DNA from: Verrucomicrobiota bacterium
GTDB taxonomy: Bacteria > Verrucomicrobiota > Kiritimatiellia > UBA8416 > JABMPJ01
Length of the DNA stretch: 64,000 nucleotides
Assembly (NCBI GenBank): GCA_018648805.1
Contig: JABGQM010000024.1
Span: forward strand, 1,065-65,064
Direction: 5' to 3'
Part shown: positions 18,575 through 28,012 of the stretch, in pieces
Numbering within the stretch: the first letter of the stretch is position 1
Layout: each line of letters opens with the position of its first letter
Notes under the pieces: model-generated
The model's database searches: none
What the model was told of the DNA's origin: nothing
What the model saw: the letters and a program-made list of their open reading frames with translations, nothing else
Made by a program: the position numbers and the translations under genes

Positions 18575-18720
18575 CTGTAGCCCGTCCCGATTGCGAAACG
18601 CATCGGGACCAAGCGCGAGGCCCTCCCTGTAGCCCGCTCTCGCCGAGAGCGAGGCCGCTCTGTAGGTGGGCAGAGCTCTTGAGCATCCTGCCTCGCGCTC
18701 GGCGAGCGCGGGCTACAGGA
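18575..18720. repeat. Intergenic REP cluster
   Basis: four GTAGCCCG/CGGGCTAC units in alternating orientation. Confidence 0.8.
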
Positions 18721-18782
18721 CTCAGAGTGAAGGTGGCCCTCCCTGTGGTGTAGCGCGAGATCCGAGCTGGCACGGGGCCGGG

Positions 18783-18947
18783 TTAGAACAGCGTGTAGAT
18801 GAAGGGCGCGGCCGACTGACCCACGACCAGCAGCGCCGCCAGCAACAGCAGGACCAGCACGATGGGGATAATCCACCACGCCTTGTTATGCCAGGCGAAC
18901 TCGCCGAATTCCTTGAGCAGCCGCCCTATATGTTTAAGAAATAGCAT
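18783..18947 (-). CDS. SxtK-like small membrane protein (54 aa) of the kind associated with O-carbamoyltransferases
   Basis: MLFLKHIGRLLKEFGEFAWHNKAWWIIPIVLVLLLLAALLVVGQSAAPFIYTLF: single TM helix, C-terminal APFIYTLF signature recalled from sxtK-type proteins. Confidence 0.5.
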   Translation of the reverse strand: MLFLKHIGRLLKEFGEFAWHNKAWWIIPIVLVLLLLAALLVVGQSAAPFIYTLF

Positions 18948-19084
18948 GGAAGCGCATCTCCTCTTGTCCCATCCACCGCACCGATGTTCCAAACCCCAAT
19001 ATTAGCCTGATCTATTCATAAAATCCACTACGAATGCATATCTCCCGCCATCTCAAGGACTTTGCGACGAATGCCGATCTCAAC

Positions 19085-19545
19085 GTGTGCTAGCCGATCT
19101 GTTCATCACCTCTATGGCAACTCGACCAGACAGGAGAAGTTGCCCGCAGATCCCGCAGATGGACGCAGAAGAGAGTAGAGAGAGGGAGAATGTTGCGGGA
19201 ATCCGTCGGCGATGGAATACCATCGCCATAGGATTCCCGCAACGTGGCTCCCCGGCTGCTAATCGCAGCCGGTTGGGGCACTGGGAGCGCCGGAACGCTG
19301 GGCGTGAAGTACAGACGGGCGACACGTGCAGGCTCCCTATCGATGGGTCCTGACACGGGTCTTCCCGGGCGCGATTAGCGCCCGGCGGATAACGTTGCGG
19401 AAATTGAGTGGGGCCGGCATACCGCGCCGTAGCCTTGGCGAAGGCGGGTATTCCGGCCACGCCAATTCCCGCAACATTTCCCATCTCCCGATCTGCGTCC
19501 ATCTGCGTAATCTGCGGGCAGTCTCTCCCGTGAGTTGGTGAACAA
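19085..19545. repeat. Complex nested inverted-repeat region (MITE or structured RNA) between carbamoyltransferase and sxtK-like gene
   Basis: outer arms cccgcagatcccgcagatggacgcag (19137-19162) vs ctgcgtccatctgcgtaatctgcggg (19494-19519); inner hairpins gttgcgggaatcc...ggattcccgcaac and ccggcataccgcgcc...ggcgggtattccggcc. Confidence 0.6.
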
Positions 19546-19551
19546 TTCTGT

Positions 19552-21381
19552 CTAGTCCAGAACCCGCTCTTCGCGCCAGTCCTTTTCCTCGCTCCAGGGC
19601 GGTTGGTCCGGTTTGGCCACGAGGTAGGATCCCAGGACCAGGTAGTCCATCTCGGTGCGCATGAAGCAGGTGTAGGCATCCTCGGGCGTGCAGACAATCG
19701 GTTCCCCGCGCACGTTGAACGAGGTATTGATCAGAATGCCGTACTCCGTACGGTCTTCGAAGGACTTGATCAGGTCGTAATAACGGCCATTGGTTTCGTG
19801 ATTGACGGTCTGTACGCGGGCGGAGTAGTCCACGTGGGTGATCGCGGGCACATCCGAGCGCACCATGTTGACGCGCTCTGTCATCGGCACGTCTCCCGCA
19901 TCATCGCGGCGCACACAGCGCTCTTCGCGTAGCGGAGCGACCAGGAGCATATACGGCGATGGCTTATCCAGCTCGAAGAAGTCGCTCACGCGCTCTTCCA
20001 GACAGCTCGGCGCGAAGGGTCTGAAAGACTCCCGGTACTTGATTTTCAGGTTCATGACCGACTGCATCTTCGGTGAACGGGCATCGCCCACGATCGACCG
20101 GTTGCCCAGCGCCCGCGGTCCGAATTCCATGCGTCCGAGACAGAGCCCCACGACGTTCTCCTCGTCGATCAGCGCGGCGATGGTCGCGGCCCATTCCTCG
20201 TCCGCCAGCTTGCGCGCCGGATAGCCCCGCGCTTCCAGGAACGCCCCGATCTCGTCGTCGGAAAACTCCGGCCCCAGGTAAGAGCCCTTCATCGTGTCGT
20301 GCACACCGTCGGCTTTCCGGGGGTTGCCCTGAATGCCGTGCCAGGTGAACAGTGCCGCGCCCAGCGCCCCGCCGGCATCACCCGCCGCCGGCTGGATCCA
20401 CACGTTCTCGAAAGGCCCTTCGCGCAGTAGGCGGCCGTTCGCCACGCAATTGAGTGCCACCCCACCGGCCAGGCAGAGGTTCTTCTCGCCTGTGATCTCG
20501 TGCGCATGCCGCGCCATGCGCAAGACGATCTCCTCGGTGACGACCTGGATCGATTTGGCCATGTCCATCTCCCGCCGGGTGATGTCGCTTTCTTTCTTGC
20601 GCGCGGGCCCTTCAAACAGTTCCTCGAACTTCTTGTTGGTCATGCGCAGTTCGTCCAGATAACCGAAGTAGTCCATGTTCAAGCGGAACGAACCGTCTTC
20701 GCGCAGATCGACGAGGTTGTCGAGGATGAGGTCCACGTAGCGCGGCTCGCCGTAAGGGGCCAACCCCATCAGCTTGTATTCGCCCGAATTGACCCTGAAC
20801 CCCGCAAAGTAGGTAAAGGCGGAGTAGAGCAGCCCCAGTGAATGCGGAAAACGGATCTCCTTGATAATTTCGATCGTGTTGTCCTTGCCCCGGCCCACGG
20901 TGGTGGTGTCCCATTCGCCGACCCCGTCCAGGGTCAGGATCGCCGCGCTCTGGAACGGCGACGGCAGGAATGCGCTGGCGGCATGCGATTCATGGTGCTC
21001 GGGGAAGAAGAGGTCCTTCGGCATACGGAAACCGCTCTTCTCCACGGCCGATTCGATATGGTAAGGGATCCAGAGTTTCTCCTTCATGCAGACCGGCATG
21101 GCCATGAGGAACGAACGCAACCCCTTGGGTGCTACGGAGAAATACGTTTCCAGGATGCGGACGAACTTCGATATTGGCTTGTCATAGAAGGCCACGGCGT
21201 CCAACCCGTCGGCGGCCACCTCGCCCTTCGCCAGACAGTAATTGACGGCATTCACCGGGAAGCCGGCGTCCTGTTTCTTGCGGGTGAACCGCTCTTCCTG
21301 CGCCGCGGCGATGATGTCGCCGTCGCGGACCAGGACCGCTGCCGAATCATGGTAGAAAGCGCTAATGCCGAGAATGTTCAT
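19552..21381 (-). CDS. NodU/CmcH-family carbamoyltransferase
   Basis: MNILGISAFYHDSAAVLVRDGDIIAAAQEERFTRKK... and C-terminal YgjD-like and carbamoyltransferase blocks (GGVALNC, ITHVDYSARVQTV, LINTSFNVRGEPIV); start ATG 21381 overlaps stop of upstream gene (TGATG). Confidence 0.9.
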   Translation of the reverse strand: MNILGISAFYHDSAAVLVRDGDIIAAAQEERFTRKKQDAGFPVNAVNYCLAKGEVAADGLDAVAFYDKPISKFVRILETYFSVAPKGLRSFLMAMPVCMKEKLWIPYHIESAVEKSGFRMPKDLFFPEHHESHAASAFLPSPFQSAAILTLDGVGEWDTTTVGRGKDNTIEIIKEIRFPHSLGLLYSAFTYFAGFRVNSGEYKLMGLAPYGEPRYVDLILDNLVDLREDGSFRLNMDYFGYLDELRMTNKKFEELFEGPARKKESDITRREMDMAKSIQVVTEEIVLRMARHAHEITGEKNLCLAGGVALNCVANGRLLREGPFENVWIQPAAGDAGGALGAALFTWHGIQGNPRKADGVHDTMKGSYLGPEFSDDEIGAFLEARGYPARKLADEEWAATIAALIDEENVVGLCLGRMEFGPRALGNRSIVGDARSPKMQSVMNLKIKYRESFRPFAPSCLEERVSDFFELDKPSPYMLLVAPLREERCVRRDDAGDVPMTERVNMVRSDVPAITHVDYSARVQTVNHETNGRYYDLIKSFEDRTEYGILINTSFNVRGEPIVCTPEDAYTCFMRTEMDYLVLGSYLVAKPDQPPWSEEKDWREERVLD

Positions 21382-21899
21382 CAATACTGTTTCCGGTAAT
21401 AGTCGGGGGTTGAACGGCGCGGCGTCGATGTCCAGTATGTCTTCGTGTCCTTGTTCAGCTTGCGCTGCATGGGGTCCACCCCCCGCACAGCGAGAATGAG
21501 CCGACCCGGGATGAAGCAGAGCACGAAGAAGGGCACCAGCAAGATCCAGGTCAGTGCCAGACCTACTGCCTTCCCCAACCACGCCCCGAACCGTTCGATG
21601 GCCGCAAAGACCGGCGGCACGAACAGGCCGCTGAGCAATACCACGGTCGCCAGAACGCAAACCACGACCGCCATAGCCGGGTGTTTGACGACAAAAGCCA
21701 TCACGGCGGCAATGGCCGTCATCACGCAAGCCTGGATAAGCGCCTGGCGTCGTCGCGCACCGCCAGCGGCTGCCCCGGTCTGCCCCGCCGCGGTAACCCA
21801 GGGCCATATCGTCGCCGAGACACTGCTCTGCCGGTAGGGCGTTGCCGTATCTTCCGCCGCGTTAACCTGTTCGTTCATCATGGTCTCCCTCTCCCGCAC
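21381..21899 (-). CDS. SxtJ-like polytopic membrane protein translationally coupled to carbamoyltransferase (start may be the internal MMNEQ)
   Basis: Three to four predicted TM helices (AIAAVMAFVV, VVVCVLATVVLLSGLFV, ALTWILLVPFFVLCF); stop overlaps carbamoyltransferase start; size and context match sxtJ-type partners. Confidence 0.5.
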   Translation of the reverse strand: MRERETMMNEQVNAAEDTATPYRQSSVSATIWPWVTAAGQTGAAAGGARRRQALIQACVMTAIAAVMAFVVKHPAMAVVVCVLATVVLLSGLFVPPVFAAIERFGAWLGKAVGLALTWILLVPFFVLCFIPGRLILAVRGVDPMQRKLNKDTKTYWTSTPRRSTPDYYRKQY

Positions 21900-21929
21900 T
21901 GGTTTCTATCAAACCCACGCACGCCTGGC

Positions 21930-22223
21930 CAGCGCGGGCTACGTAGCCCAGAGTGAAGTTGGCCGGTCCGCATCCCGCATGGCCCTCCCAGTAGCCCGCT
22001 CTCGCCTGCCCTCCGTCTTGTCCTCCAAAGCTCGCAGAGCGACGGAGGAAGCCAGCGAAGCGCGAAGGATGGGCCGAGAGCGAGGCCGCTCTATGATGGT
22101 GCAGAGCTCTTAAGCATCCTGCCTCGCGCTTGGCAAGCGCGGGCTACATAGCCCAGAGTGAAGTCACCCGGTCCGCATCCTGCATGGCCCTCCCTGTAGC
22201 CCGCGCTCGCCGAGCGCGAGGCC
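21930..22223. repeat. Intergenic REP/BIME array (about six units with a ~90-bp composite unit duplicated at 21932 and 22138)
   Basis: gcgcgggctac(g/a)tagcccagagtgaagt...ctgtagcccgcgctcgccgagcgcgaggcc. Confidence 0.8.
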
Positions 22224-22345
22224 TCCCGGAAGATTACCTCGGAAGAATACGCAAACGCTCTGGGATGCTCTGGGACTGAAACACCCATTGCGTAGCGACA
22301 GGAACAGTGTTAGAGTTACAACCAATGGGTACGAGGTCGGGTGAC

Positions 22346-22639
22346 ATGATGCAATACGATTTCGAGTGGGACCCCGAGAAGGCTAGTCAGAACAGGGGGA
22401 AGCACGGCGTCACCTTCGACCAGGCCGCTGGAGTTTTTCATGACCCCAGGGCAGCATCGCTCTATGACACGGAACACAGCGAGACGGAAGACCGCTGGAT
22501 AACCATGGGTCTCTCGGCAGCAGGAGGCCTGCTGGTGGTGCACCACACATACTAGGAAATCGATGACAGCCGTGTGCGGATCAGAGTATTCTCCAGTCGC
22601 AAGGCGACACCTGAAGAGATCAGGCAATATACGGAATAG
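22346..22639 (+). pseudogene. brnT: BrnT-family (DUF497) toxin interrupted by an in-frame amber stop at 22553-22555
   Basis: MMQYDFEWDPEKASQNRGKHGVTFDQAAGVFHDPRA...LVVHHTY*EIDDSRVRIRVFSSRKATPEEIRQYTE: same frame on both sides of TAG; the downstream part is the canonical BrnT C-terminus. Confidence 0.7.
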
Positions 22640-22642
22640 GCC

Positions 22643-22843
22643 ATGAAGAAACAGTATGACTTTTCTACAGCGACGCGTGGTAAATTCTATCATCCGGATG
22701 CCCGGTTGAACCTTCCGGTATACCTGGAGGAAGAGGTGCGGCAGTTTGTTGCAGTGATTGCCGAGCGTAAGCACTCCGACGTGAATGAGGTCGTGAACGC
22801 CCTGCTTCGGTCCGATATTGGCTTGGCCAAGGCCATGCAGTAA
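22643..22843 (+). CDS. brnA: BrnA-family antitoxin
   Basis: MKKQYDFSTATRGKFYHP... 66 aa, directly after brnT remnant, typical BrnA N-terminus. Confidence 0.65.
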   Translation: MKKQYDFSTATRGKFYHPDARLNLPVYLEEEVRQFVAVIAERKHSDVNEVVNALLRSDIGLAKAMQ

Positions 22844-22860
22844 CGGATTCCGCCCGCTCC

Positions 22861-23030
22861 CTGTAGCCCGCCCCGCAGATGCAGGGCTTAACGTCGCCCA
22901 TTGGCCTCGCGCTTGGCAAGCGCGGGCAACATGCATCAGCTCCCCTGTAGCCCGCTCTCGCCGAGAGCGAGGCCGACTCCAGGTGGAAGCCTTGCCCTCC
23001 ATCATCCTGCCTCACGCTCGCCGAGCGCGG
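22861..23030. repeat. Intergenic REP cluster
   Basis: ctgtagcccgccccgcag...ctgtagcccgctctcgccgagagcgaggcc...cctcacgctcgccgagcgcgg. Confidence 0.75.
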
Positions 23031-23444
23031 GGTGTGCCCTGGCATCTTATCGATACGCTTAGCAGAGAAGTCCAGCCTGGGCGAGGTAGGCTACAGAAGA
23101 CCCCGAGACTGTCCGTTGACAGATGGTCTCTTCCTTTGACCTTTTCCAGGCGCACGGACGGCGTGGAAGCCGTCCCTCCAGCCCGATCGGCCAGCTCTGG
23201 TGTCCTGGAGGGTCGGGTTCCATCCCGACCGGGCCACTATCGGGCCAATCTGTCGTGGCGCATGGATGCGTTGCGCACTTTTGCGCCATAGACTCTGTCG
23301 CCCGTCATAAATCCGTTCGTTTTCGGAAAGATCGTAAAGTATGACTTCTCTACAGCGATCCTTTTGCCGCTTGGCGAAAGACCTCTGCCGCCTAACTCTG
23401 GTGACCCGAGGTCGCTCGTGAGAGGAGTCCCTGTCCCGATCTGC

Positions 23445-23681
23445 CTATTTTGCATCATGTGGATCAGCGGGAACGTCAGGAACTCTGGACATGATGTCAC
23501 GGAACTCCTTGCGCGAACCCGTGGCGGCACGTTTGGCAAGGTAGGTTTCTGTCATGAGTGCTGAAATCTTCTCGGCGACAGCCGTGGAGATTAGCTGATT
23601 GACAGAAATATGCTCTTCTCGGGCAAGGGCACGCGCCGTTTCATGAAGAGAGTCAGGCAGTCTTAGGCTGAGTGTGCTCAT
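23445..23681 (-). CDS. Ribbon-helix-helix type antitoxin
   Basis: 78 aa, ...HISVNQLISTAVAEKIS... (RHH/HicB-like C-terminal motif); overlaps PIN gene by 4 nt. Confidence 0.6.
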   Translation of the reverse strand: MSTLSLRLPDSLHETARALAREEHISVNQLISTAVAEKISALMTETYLAKRAATGSRKEFRDIMSRVPDVPADPHDAK

Positions 23682-24106
23682 TTCTCTTTCCCTTTCTCTT
23701 TCAGGAAGTCACCCGGGGTGATGGCAACAATCCCGAACTTTCCAATATCTCTGAAATCTCGAAGATTGAAGGTGACAATATACTCACATCGTCCGCTGAC
23801 AGCGGCCTCTAGGACCATGTCATCTTTCGGGTCCCGAAGAAACGGTCGCCACAGAAAGTGCACCTTGCGGCAGTCACTGACAGAGCAGACAAAACTCAAG
23901 TATCTTTCGATATCGATAGCACTGAAGGGCACTTCGGTTCGTGGGTCACACAGTGACTTTTCGTACTCCACCACCAGGGGCACCGTCACCACCGGGCGGT
24001 ACAACCGGCCCCCCAGAAATGACAGCATGCGGTAAGACATACCCCGTCTGGAGCGCAGGCCCGACACAAGGACGTTAGTGTCAATTACGACTCTGACCAA
24101 GCTCAT
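23678..24106 (-). CDS. PIN-domain toxin
   Basis: VVIDTNVLVSGL at N-terminus, acidic residues spaced as in PIN; 142 aa. Confidence 0.65.
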   Translation of the reverse strand: MSLVRVVIDTNVLVSGLRSRRGMSYRMLSFLGGRLYRPVVTVPLVVEYEKSLCDPRTEVPFSAIDIERYLSFVCSVSDCRKVHFLWRPFLRDPKDDMVLEAAVSGRCEYIVTFNLRDFRDIGKFGIVAITPGDFLKEKGKEK

Positions 24107-24509
24107 GGTGATACCGTATACGGTATTCCTCTGACTGTCAACTCATCCAGCAGAATGTGTCCGTATGGTCTTTCCCTATGGCCCGACAGTGCCCCGGTCG
24201 GGGTGGAACCCGACCCTCCACAGCACCACAATGGGCCGATGTCCAGTTGGAGGGCCGGCTTTTGTCCGCGCGCCTGGAAAAACCAAGGGAAAAGCCCATG
24301 TTTTGTCTCCTTCTTCGCAATCCCCGCTCGAATTCACTCGACAGGGGGGGGGGGATGGTATTTTTGACGGAGAGTTGAGCCAATATTATGTCTAAAAGCG
24401 TCAGTCTACATCCGAAAATAGAATTCAACGCGATGTCCCGTGGGGGGGATCGCGCGAGGCAGGGGAACCAACAAGTCAACAAACAAGTCAACAATATGGA
24501 GGACAGGCA

Positions 24510-25280
24510 GTGATGAAGAAACAATGGATAACAACAGTGGTCATGATCGCGATGGTGTTGGGTTTAGTGTCAGGAACGGTGTTGGGGGCTGACCTGTTCA
24601 GTGAACTCGGTATACTGGATCTGGATGCCAACGGCGGGATCAATCCAGCAACCGGCAACCCCTGGCAGGCTGGCGATACGTATCGGTTCGTCTTTTCATC
24701 CAGCGAGGTTTACCCCAGCGATATAACCAGTTCGGACACGATTGCCACGTACAACAACTGGATCCAGGGGCTCGCCGATGCCAGCAGCCTGCGTATTGGC
24801 ACCGCCGAAGGTGTCACATGGAACGCGCTCGTCTCTACAGCATCCGTCAACGCACGCGACAACACCTCAACCAATCCCAATACAGACGGGGATGGCGAAG
24901 GGATTTTCCTGTTGAATGGCACTACACGGGTTGTGGATGATTACGTTGAAGTCTGGAATGTTGGTGGTGTGAATGCCAGTCAGAATAGCGGTATCGTTAT
25001 AGACGAGAATGGGGATCCGTGGAATAACACTGACGCGACAATATGGGCAAACGCGAGCTACGGAGGCACATGGACAGGTACCAAGAACGACGGAACGGTT
25101 GGCTCTCCTCTGGCGACCGATGCCGATGTCACCTGGGGCGGGACGCCCTGGACCGACTACAACCACTGGATCTATCGGTCCAATGCGGACCCCTCCGCCA
25201 ATGCGGGGTTGATGTACGGCCTCTCCGAGACCCTGACGGTGTGGACCCCGCCCGCCGGAACGCTTGTGACAATCAGGTAG
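24510..25280 (+). CDS. Secreted hypothetical protein (signal peptide; Gly/Asn/Thr/Trp-rich)
   Basis: N-terminal signal MMKKQWITTVVMIAMVLGLVSGTVLGA; no recognised catalytic motif; 3' end lies inside a ~160-bp direct repeat. Confidence 0.5.
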   Translation: MMKKQWITTVVMIAMVLGLVSGTVLGADLFSELGILDLDANGGINPATGNPWQAGDTYRFVFSSSEVYPSDITSSDTIATYNNWIQGLADASSLRIGTAEGVTWNALVSTASVNARDNTSTNPNTDGDGEGIFLLNGTTRVVDDYVEVWNVGGVNASQNSGIVIDENGDPWNNTDATIWANASYGGTWTGTKNDGTVGSPLATDADVTWGGTPWTDYNHWIYRSNADPSANAGLMYGLSETLTVWTPPAGTLVTIR

Positions 25281-25420
25281 GACGCAAGACTCCCTGAGAC
25301 AGGGGTGAAGTGAATCACGAATGGGGTGGGGCATCTGTTGCCCCACCCCTCGTGTTATAGGTCCCCAATCGGACGCTAGCTCGACCGCCGCCCTGTCTCT
25401 CCCGCTCCCTGTAGCCCACT
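25262..25420. repeat. Direct repeat copy 1 (~160 bp; partner 28013..28178; fragment near 46270..46300)
   Basis: ...cgcttgtgacaatcaggtag...gggtgaagtgaatcacgaatggggtggggcatctgttgccccacccctcgtgttataggtccccaatcggacgctagctcgaccgccgccctgtctctcccgctccctgtagccc. Confidence 0.75.
25285..25370 (+). terminator. Probable intrinsic terminator hairpin after secreted-protein gene (inside direct repeat)
   Basis: ggggtggggcatctgttgccccacccc stem-loop followed by tcgtgttat. Confidence 0.45.
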
Positions 25421-25632
25421 CATTTGAGCGCAGTTCGCATCGCATTCTGAGGTGTGGCCAGATATGGCCGGATTTGCCAGCATAGCGACGATAGGTCGTC
25501 CCGTAATTCGCAACTGATTGTACTCCAGATGGATAGCAAACAACGACGCCCCAGGTCAGTCGCCACAGTGAAGCGTTTGCTCCCCCAAGAAGAATGATGT
25601 CCGGATTTGGCCGGATTTGGCCGGATTTTCGA

Positions 25633-27015
25633 TCACCGAGGCCCCCCTTGCACCCGGCGGTAGAGCGTGGCTCGTCCCTTTCCATGGCGCTCAATGATGC
25701 CGCGATCTTCCATGTCGGCCAGGTCACGCCGCGCTTGCCGTTCGCTGACGCCGGTGGCAGTCAGATAGTCCGCTGTCTTGAACTCCGCGCCGGGCTTGAG
25801 CGATTCGACGAACTCAGCCTGGCGGCCAGTCAGGGCCTCCTCCGCGGCCGGCTCGGGTGCCCGAAAGAGCGTTACGGACACGATCCCTCCTTCGGCACGC
25901 CACCTCGGCGTTTTTGCGCCAAGCTCCTTACATTCCCAGATCATCCTCTGCGTACCTATGCCGAGCTGGTCCATGAGTCTTCGCAGGTAGAAGACACGGG
26001 CAATGTCCGGGTTTACGGGAATTGAGCGGTGTTCCGTTCTGAGGCTGCCTGGCGTCAGATCACCCGGTAGGCTGCCCGGGTTGGTAACCACCAGTCGATC
26101 CGGGTAGATCTCTACCCGGATGCATCCCCCCACGGTCTCGTAGGATCGATGCGTAATGGCATTCACCAGGGATTCCCTGAGCGCGTAAACGGCGTAGGCA
26201 GGCCGGTCAACTCGCTCCAACTGATCCTTCTTGAAGCGTCCGGAGAACCCGGTGCGTTGCTGTATGATGGAGACGGCCTCACGCAGTGTGCTAACCGCGG
26301 GTCCATCCAGGATAACATCGTTGGCAATGGGGCCGGACTTGTTCCCTGCATATGAAATGACCCGCATGTATATGCTGGGGGACCATCTCCGCGTCTCAGC
26401 AGCGAAAAGGACCAAGGCCGCATTGGTAAGGACGCCGCCACGTCGCAGGTAGAGCTGCTCAAAAAGCGCGCCATCTTCAGCCGGAATGTTCCCACCGAAG
26501 CGCCCGGCCTCAGCTATGTCCGTGCGGGTCTTGGCCAGTTCATCCGTTCTGCAGTCCTCGATGCCGAAGCCGGGCATAGGGTCCCGCTCCCAGCGCTCAA
26601 GATCCGCTGCCGCCCGTTCGACGAGATCAGCACTGCGTTCTTCGCCTGCGCGCATCGTTGCGCTGCCAATGCGCACCCAAATCTGGCGATTGACGGAGTA
26701 GGGTTTGTCGGAGCCCGGGGGGACCCGAATGACGATGACGTCGATCCCATGGGCCTCCTGAACGGAAACAGAAAGGAAAGGACGCGGATTGATTCTGGAC
26801 ATGAAGAGTCGGTTCAGTTCCTCTGCCACGTCTGTTGCGTGTTGGATGCCCGTGGGCTCGCCCTGATCGTTCACACCCCATAGCAGAAAACCGCCTTGCT
26901 GGTTCAGCAAACCACAGACCGCACGTGAAAGCGTGTCTGGGGAACTCCGAGGCCCCTTGAACTCAACCGTTTCGGACTCACCCAGCTTGATCAACTGAAG
27001 GACACGTGAATTCAT
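25633..27015 (-). CDS. Schlafen/AlbA_2-like DNA-binding domain + HATPase-like + C-terminal wHTH protein (often annotated RecG-like regulator)
   Basis: N-term ESETVEFKGPRSSPDTLSRAVCGLLNQQGGFLLWGV (AlbA_2 signature); C-terminal HTH ...ADYLTATGVSERQARRDLADMEDRGII. Confidence 0.55.
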   Translation of the reverse strand: MNSRVLQLIKLGESETVEFKGPRSSPDTLSRAVCGLLNQQGGFLLWGVNDQGEPTGIQHATDVAEELNRLFMSRINPRPFLSVSVQEAHGIDVIVIRVPPGSDKPYSVNRQIWVRIGSATMRAGEERSADLVERAAADLERWERDPMPGFGIEDCRTDELAKTRTDIAEAGRFGGNIPAEDGALFEQLYLRRGGVLTNAALVLFAAETRRWSPSIYMRVISYAGNKSGPIANDVILDGPAVSTLREAVSIIQQRTGFSGRFKKDQLERVDRPAYAVYALRESLVNAITHRSYETVGGCIRVEIYPDRLVVTNPGSLPGDLTPGSLRTEHRSIPVNPDIARVFYLRRLMDQLGIGTQRMIWECKELGAKTPRWRAEGGIVSVTLFRAPEPAAEEALTGRQAEFVESLKPGAEFKTADYLTATGVSERQARRDLADMEDRGIIERHGKGRATLYRRVQGGPR

Positions 27016-27656
27016 GCCGGTCCTCCCTTGACGCGATTGCGAATTGCTTTTGTGTCTTTCAAGCGAGGCAGGTATTTCTCTGCAAGCTCACGATATCGAC
27101 GGAACTGAGCCGTGGCGAACAGTCTGGCGTCATCGTCCGGACCGAATGGCTGTACCCAGTTGGCTCGTCTGTGTTTGACCTCGGCAGCATCCAGGTTCAT
27201 AGCCTTCTCATAGAGGTCCAGAATGCGAAGATCTTCGAGAATAGGCGTGGCCTGGAATTCGATACCCGGCTTCAAACGGAATGTCGTCTCGTGATCGGGA
27301 TCTCGGTACGGTTTGAGGAGATGCCGGGCAATAGCGACGTTCTCGTGCACCAGGAACCAGCGAGGTTTGTTCAACTCGATGGCCCGAAGGGCCTCCCGGT
27401 GCGTGATGGAAAGCGAGTCCTTCTCTTCTCTGCCGGACCCATAGCGAGGCAGGATCATCCCAAGGAAGACGTCACACTTCTCTACGGCTTCAAGGCAGCT
27501 CGTCATGGCCGAGAGTTCGGGATCGATGGGCACGGTTCCCTTGTGGGACATCAGTACATCATACTGGTACTCGTCGAGCAAGGAGTAGATGCTTTCCAGC
27601 AGATCTTCGTAGCCATAGACAACAGATGACACAAGTATCTTCAGCTTTGTGCTCAT
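27012..27656 (-). CDS. DUF4062-domain protein
   Basis: MSTKLKILVSSVVYGYEDLLESIYSLLDE matches DUF4062 N-terminal pattern; start ATG 27656 with GGAGAG RBS; ATGA overlap with downstream gene. Confidence 0.5.
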   Translation of the reverse strand: MSTKLKILVSSVVYGYEDLLESIYSLLDEYQYDVLMSHKGTVPIDPELSAMTSCLEAVEKCDVFLGMILPRYGSGREEKDSLSITHREALRAIELNKPRWFLVHENVAIARHLLKPYRDPDHETTFRLKPGIEFQATPILEDLRILDLYEKAMNLDAAEVKHRRANWVQPFGPDDDARLFATAQFRRYRELAEKYLPRLKDTKAIRNRVKGGPA

Positions 27657-28012
27657 GAGAATGCTCTCTCCAGTAATCCGTCCTGCACAGCTATGGGTGT
27701 CGCGTATCGGTCGAGTTTGAGACGCGCTGGAAAGACGACCGTTGGTCGTCCCCCACTGATGAACAGGATGGGCATATGCCCTTGGAAACCAGCCTGAAAC
27801 AGCGTCGTCATGTGAAGAGAGCATGCCGCATAGGTGCTGGACGGTCAAGGCCGGGGATAAACGGCGTATGGGAGGCAGCGTGGCGGAGATGTCACCGCCA
27901 GGGTCAGACTGGAATAGCCCTGTCCTGCATAATGATGAACCCCACCTCGCCTGGCAATCCGATAGCCGTTGACTGAAGGCGGCCCCTACCTGTGCGCAAG
28001 CACGCGGTCCGC

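Noticed and set aside
19080-19697. 205-aa minus-strand ORF between carbamoyltransferase and sxtK-like gene
   Set aside because: It runs across the nested inverted-repeat region. The product is proline/arginine-rich with no start context. The region is better explained as a repeat element.
21930-22223. Possible CRISPR array (regularly spaced palindromic repeats)
   Set aside because: The units are imperfect palindromes with GTAG tails in alternating orientation. Spacers are irregular and partly duplicated. The same unit is dispersed at ~17 loci next to a RAYT. This is a REP/BIME array, not a CRISPR array, and no cas genes are present.
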